In this document: positions 59,796 through 64,000 of the stretch, piece after piece
How positions within the stretch are numbered: position 1 is the first letter of the stretch
How the letters are laid out: the number at the start of each line of letters is the position of its first letter
IMG/VR virus record: IMGVR_UViG_3300044675_005263
Coordinates: 1 to 64,000 of that record
Origin: a virus
DNA: 64,000 bases
Direction: 5' to 3' (one strand)
Notes under the pieces: model-generated
Seen by the model: only the letters and a program-made list of their open reading frames with translations
What the model was told of the DNA's origin: nothing
The model's database searches: none
Made by a program: the position numbers and the translations under genes

Positions 59796-60398
59796 ATGGT
59801 CAATAGTCATCTTGTAGAGTGCAGTTGGGACGACTGTCCTTCCCACAGCACCTTTGACCCATCAGATGCAATTGTTTTAACTTGGCCTAGAGCCCTTCAA
59901 AAGGTAAGATATTTTCATTCAACAGAATGCTTATCAGGGTATGCAAAAACCTTTCCTAATAACTTCGTAACGAGTGGGGAACTAGATGTCTAGAATTGAT
60001 GACGCATTCGATGCCATAGAAGAACTTGGTTACTCGGTCTCATACATCTCCTGTGGCGAATGCGATGGAGATGACCTTCTAGTTGAGCTTCACAGTTGCC
60101 ATCTTAAAGAGGTAAACGTATTGTTCGACAGAGATGGATTGCATCCCACCACTGATCTAATTTAGGAGAGACTATGTCTGATGTTGCTGTTTACTGGAGT
60201 AATTACGAACAACATAAAACAGAAATTGAATCAACTATCCGTCATAAGATTTATATTGCCATACAAGATGCAATTGAAGAAAGCAAATCTAAAGCACTTC
60301 CTGAACAATTTATTGCAGGGTTACAGTGTGCACAGGCGCTCACTTTAGATATGACATCTCATACTGTGGACAAGACCCAGCAACAAGAGCTTTTCTAG
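59796..60398 (+). CDS. Three small ORFs (59796-59993, 59986-60165, 60174-60398)
   Basis: Consecutive ORFs, overlap or GGAG RBS. Confidence 0.6.
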
Positions 60399-60477
60399 AC
60401 AAGATAGACTTAATCCCCTAGGGTAATCCAGTAGTTTTCTTTACCTTTATTTGTAACCCCTTTTATCGAATTGGAGC

Positions 60478-62532
60478 ATGTCAATGTCATTTGTTTTCTC
60501 TTTTAAGTTATCCGAAGATTTCTTAGCAACCTATAAGGATAAGAAGGCTCCTTTCGGATATAGAGATGCAGGTGGCAACTCAGTAGGTGAGATTACTTTC
60601 CTTCGCACATACTCTCGTAAAAAAGAAGATGGAACCAAGGAGACTTGGCTTGAAGTTTGCGAGCGAGTAATCAATGGCATGTACTCAATTCAAAAAGATC
60701 ACTGCAAAACTAATCGTCTTCCTTGGTCTGACACTCGTGCAGCAGCTTCAGCTAAAGAAGCATTTGACCGTTTATTTAACTTGAAGTGGACACCACCGGG
60801 ACGTGGGCTTTGGGTTATGGGAACTCCACTTGTTAATGAGCAAAAGAACTCTGCAGCACTACAAAACTGTGCTTTTGTTTCAACACGAGAGATGACAAAG
60901 AATGATCCAGCAAAACCATTTGCATTCCTTATGGAAGCATCAATGCTTGGCGTTGGTGTTGGCTTTGATGATTTAGGTGCTGATAAAGATTTCACTATCT
61001 ATAAGCCAAACCCAGAAGTTGTTACAACAGTAGTCATTGAAGACTCCAGAGAAGGTTGGGTTACTTCAACTTCACAACTTATTAATTCATATTTGAAATC
61101 AGATCAAGTAACTCTTGCATTTGATTACTCACTTGTTCGTCCAGCTGGTGCACCAATTAAAATCTTTGGTGGAACTGCTGCAGGTCCAGATCCACTTATT
61201 AAACTCCACAACTACATTAGAAGGTTATTTGATGGCCGTGAAAATGAAAAAGTCACTCGTACTGATATCGCCGATATTGGTAATCTCATTGGCGTGTGCG
61301 TTGTTTCTGGCAATGTTCGTCGCTCTGCTGAACTCCTTATCGGAAGATTAGGCGATGAAACATTCTTAAACCTTAAGAATCCAGAAGTATTTCCAGATCG
61401 CAACTCATACGATCCAGAGAATCCCGGCTGGGCTTGGATGTCTAACAATTCAATCTCTGCAGAGGTTGGACAAGACCTATCAGGAATTGTTGAAGGCATT
61501 GCACTTAACGGAGAACCCGGCGTTGTTTGGCTTGACCTATCACGCAAGTATGGTCGCTTAGCAGATCCAATTAACAATAAGGATCATCGCATTATGGGCT
61601 ACAACCCTTGCGCTGAACAATCACTTGAGTCATATGAAATGTGTACTCTTGTTGAAACTTATTTAAATCGTCACGATGACTTGGAAGATTTTAAGCGCAC
61701 ATTAAAATTTGCTTATCTTTACGCAAAGACTGTCACTCTTCTACCAACACATTGGGAAGAGACCAATGCGATCATGCAAAGAAATCGCAGAATTGGCACG
61801 TCAATATCTGGAGTTGCTAACTTTGCAGATCGTATTGGATTACCAATCCTTAAGGACTGGATGGATAAAGGGTACAGCGTAGTTAAGAGTTATGACGTGA
61901 CTTACTCAGAATGGCTAGGTATTCGTGAGTCAATCAAGACTACAACCGTTAAGCCATCAGGCACAGTCTCAATCTTAGCTGGAGAGTCTCCAGGAGTTCA
62001 CTGGACTCCGGGCGGAAAATACTTCAATCGTGCTATTCGCTTTGCTAACTCAGATCCAATGCTTCCACTCTTTAAGATGGCTAACTACAGAGTTGAACCA
62101 GCATCAGAGTCACCTGACACAACTTCAGTTGTATTCTTCCCAATCGAATCAATGGCAGAGCGTGCAGAGAAAGATGTAACTATCTTCGAGAAGATGCACT
62201 TAGCTGCAGCAGCTCAATACTACTGGTCTGATAACTCGGTGTCAGTAACAGTTTCATTTGACCCAGAAACAGAAAAGCAACATGTTGGAACTGTATTACA
62301 TATGTTTGATGGCCAGCTAAAGACTGTTTCATTTTTACCATCTGGAAACTTTACATATCCCCAAATGCCTTACACGCAAATAACTCAGGAAGAATATAAT
62401 GAAGAAGGAGTTAATAAACTCTTCCCAATTGATTTTTCAGGAGTTTATGCAGGTATGGGAGCCGATGCTATCGGTGAGGCTTATTGCACAACCGACGCTT
62501 GTGAGGTTAAACTAATCGCAAATAATCAGTAA
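60478..62532 (+). CDS. nrdJ: Class II (B12-dependent) monomeric ribonucleotide reductase
   Basis: RTYSR, PPGRGLW, LQNC, GNVRRSA, NPCAE, TTVKPSGT, C-terminal CTTDACE. Confidence 0.93.
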   Translation: MSMSFVFSFKLSEDFLATYKDKKAPFGYRDAGGNSVGEITFLRTYSRKKEDGTKETWLEVCERVINGMYSIQKDHCKTNRLPWSDTRAAASAKEAFDRLFNLKWTPPGRGLWVMGTPLVNEQKNSAALQNCAFVSTREMTKNDPAKPFAFLMEASMLGVGVGFDDLGADKDFTIYKPNPEVVTTVVIEDSREGWVTSTSQLINSYLKSDQVTLAFDYSLVRPAGAPIKIFGGTAAGPDPLIKLHNYIRRLFDGRENEKVTRTDIADIGNLIGVCVVSGNVRRSAELLIGRLGDETFLNLKNPEVFPDRNSYDPENPGWAWMSNNSISAEVGQDLSGIVEGIALNGEPGVVWLDLSRKYGRLADPINNKDHRIMGYNPCAEQSLESYEMCTLVETYLNRHDDLEDFKRTLKFAYLYAKTVTLLPTHWEETNAIMQRNRRIGTSISGVANFADRIGLPILKDWMDKGYSVVKSYDVTYSEWLGIRESIKTTTVKPSGTVSILAGESPGVHWTPGGKYFNRAIRFANSDPMLPLFKMANYRVEPASESPDTTSVVFFPIESMAERAEKDVTIFEKMHLAAAAQYYWSDNSVSVTVSFDPETEKQHVGTVLHMFDGQLKTVSFLPSGNFTYPQMPYTQITQEEYNEEGVNKLFPIDFSGVYAGMGADAIGEAYCTTDACEVKLIANNQ

Positions 62533-62567
62533 AGGTTATTTGTTCAACCAAAACTTAATAGGAGATT

Positions 62568-62882
62568 ATGTATTTTAAAAACACACCATCATGTCTAGGA
62601 CTAGATATAAATTTGTTTTTTGTTGAAGATGATTCAGGTAATGCTAATTACACGAATCTAAATCACATCAAGCGAATGTGTAAAAATTGTCCAGCATTGA
62701 TGGAGTGTTTTGAATACTCAAGAGACAACCTAGTCCATGGGATATGGGCTGGAACTACTTTCAACGAAAGAGATACTTACAGACGTAAGAACGAAATAGT
62801 TGGTATACCTGTTGTACCGATCTCTTTAGTTAGAGATCACATAGACGCTTTAGAGAGAGAAGACAATGACTGTAGTAAGTAA
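62568..62882 (+). CDS. whiB: WhiB-family transcription factor
   Basis: C..FF..CKNC..ECF..GIWAG. Confidence 0.85.
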   Translation: MYFKNTPSCLGLDINLFFVEDDSGNANYTNLNHIKRMCKNCPALMECFEYSRDNLVHGIWAGTTFNERDTYRRKNEIVGIPVVPISLVRDHIDALEREDNDCSK

Positions 62883-63168
62883 AGCTTTAAAACCAGTCCA
62901 CGACCAATGGGAGTGGCAGTATCAAGGCGCATGCAATGGCGTTGATACTGATGAGTTTTTTCTTGAAGAAAATATGCGTGGTAAAACTAAAAGAACTAGA
63001 GAGCTTAATGCTATTGCAATCTGCAACACATGTCCTGTAAAACAAGCATGTCTTGATCACGCTCTTAAAGTTCCAGAGGTCTATGGCGTCTGGGGCGGGA
63101 TGAATGAAGAGAGCAGACATGCACTCGCAAAAAGGCTAGGTATTGTTTATGGCATTATACGGATTTAA
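62866..63168 (+). CDS. whiB: WhiB-family transcription factor (WhiB3-like)
   Basis: WEWQYQGAC..FF..CNTCPVKQAC..GVWGG. Confidence 0.9.
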   Translation: MTVVSKALKPVHDQWEWQYQGACNGVDTDEFFLEENMRGKTKRTRELNAIAICNTCPVKQACLDHALKVPEVYGVWGGMNEESRHALAKRLGIVYGIIRI

Positions 63169-63328
63169 GTGTCAAACTTGTTCAGTTGAGAGTGACTTAG
63201 AGTTCCCTATAGGAACTGCTCCGAGCACTTCTGTATGCTCCCAGCAAAGCTGTGAAGGGGAAATGACAAGAGTTTTTACTGCCAACCCAACAATATTTAA
63301 AGGAACAGGCTGGGCAGGGAAACGATAG
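63149..63328 (+). CDS. FmdB-like zinc ribbon protein
   Basis: MALYGFKCQTC..C..C..M.RVF..IFKGTGW. Confidence 0.8.
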   Translation: MALYGFKCQTCSVESDLEFPIGTAPSTSVCSQQSCEGEMTRVFTANPTIFKGTGWAGKR

Positions 63329-63338
63329 AATTGTCCTA

Positions 63339-63458
63339 ATGAAGGACAACCTTGCTCAATGGCGTTGTGATTGGTGCAAGAAACTTTATGTCGTGTCTAG
63401 TCTGGCACGAGACTGTGAAGACAGACATCTAGAAGGAGATGACGAACAATGTCAGTAA
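63339..63458 (+). CDS. 39-aa zinc-finger-like peptide
   Basis: CDWC..YVVSSLARDCEDRH. Confidence 0.6.
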   Translation: MKDNLAQWRCDWCKKLYVVSSLARDCEDRHLEGDDEQCQ

Positions 63459-64000
63459 AAGGATCAGTAGAGGCAATCATCGAGGTTGCTAAAAAAGAAG
63501 TTGGAACTGTTGAAGGTCCAAAAGATAACGAGACAAAATACGGTAAATGGACTGGAATGAACTTCCAGCCTTGGTGTCAATCTTTTGTTTCTTGGTGTGC
63601 GTTCACATCAGGTTTGGATCCTAAAAAGTATCCAAAGTCAGCATCAACTATTGCAGCATCAGATTTCTTTAAAAAGAATAACCGATGGGCAGATGCTCGC
63701 AATGATGACCCAACTCCAGGAGATTGGATCTATTTTGATTTCCCAGATGATGGTGTCAACAGAATTTCTCATGTTGGTATCTGTATCAAGAACAATGGAA
63801 ACGGAACCATTCAAGTTATTGAAGGAAATACATCTGGCACTGCAAAAGGAGATCAACGCAACGGAGGTATGTGCGTAGAGAAAACTCGTGCATATGTTAA
63901 GGATAATAAGTTAAAACTTCTTAACGGAATTGTTGGTTGGGGTCGTCCAGTTTATGCTGGAGAAGACAACCTTCCACTTCTTTCTAAGGTTGGATCATCT
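63449..64000 (+). CDS. CHAP-domain endolysin (runs off window)
   Basis: Not in ORF track; TKYG.W..PWCQSFVSW, PGDWIYFD, SHVGI, IEGNT, GWGRP. Confidence 0.85.
   Translation, partial: MSVKGSVEAIIEVAKKEVGTVEGPKDNETKYGKWTGMNFQPWCQSFVSWCAFTSGLDPKKYPKSASTIAASDFFKKNNRWADARNDDPTPGDWIYFDFPDDGVNRISHVGICIKNNGNGTIQVIEGNTSGTAKGDQRNGGMCVEKTRAYVKDNKLKLLNGIVGWGRPVYAGEDNLPLLSKVGSS

Noticed and set aside
60478-62532. Intein or intron in nrdJ or the helicase domain
   Set aside because: Motifs are contiguous; no intein block or frame break seen
1-64000. Stop-codon recoding, integrase/prophage boundary, DGR or retron
   Set aside because: Genes are intact in the standard code with TAG, TGA and TAA stops; no integrase, reverse transcriptase or host genes recognised

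Overview
A 64-kb segment of a large, AT-rich tailed phage that very likely infects Actinobacteria (two WhiB genes, separate hexamer/pentamer-type capsid genes, monomeric class II RNR, CHAP endolysin); a freshwater low-GC actinobacterial host is an inference. Bases 1-31.1 kb hold one leftward morphogenesis operon: portal, head proteins, a 4247-aa polyvalent protein (DEDDh exonuclease, UvrD-like helicase, ArdC, metallopeptidase), a 1582-aa multidomain prohead protease, capsid, tail, a frameshifted chaperone pair and the tape-measure N-terminus. Bases 31.6-53.8 kb are a putative early region of about 55 mostly tiny genes. They sit in short units driven by a conserved CAGGAAGR-N5-TANNNT promoter and include ArdA-like, proteasome-beta-like, HNH, DUF1281, DUF2958 and MoxR-AAA/VWA genes. 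Bases 52.7-56.2 kb carry a dense TTCCGGG repeat array next to a TerS-like gene, followed by tRNA-Arg(UCU), an AT-rich origin-like tract, a glycosyltransferase, nrdJ, whiB x2 and the endolysin. The most striking unexplained signal is a set of complementary RNA hairpin loops in the early region. 5' leaders show AGGGA loops or an AAAYGACGAA box. 3' UTR hairpins and a stand-alone ~100-nt RNA show the antisense loops UCCCU and UUCGUCGUUU, and the observed variation is G-U-wobble compatible. This suggests a loop-loop antisense control network. All calls were made by eye; no database searches were run.
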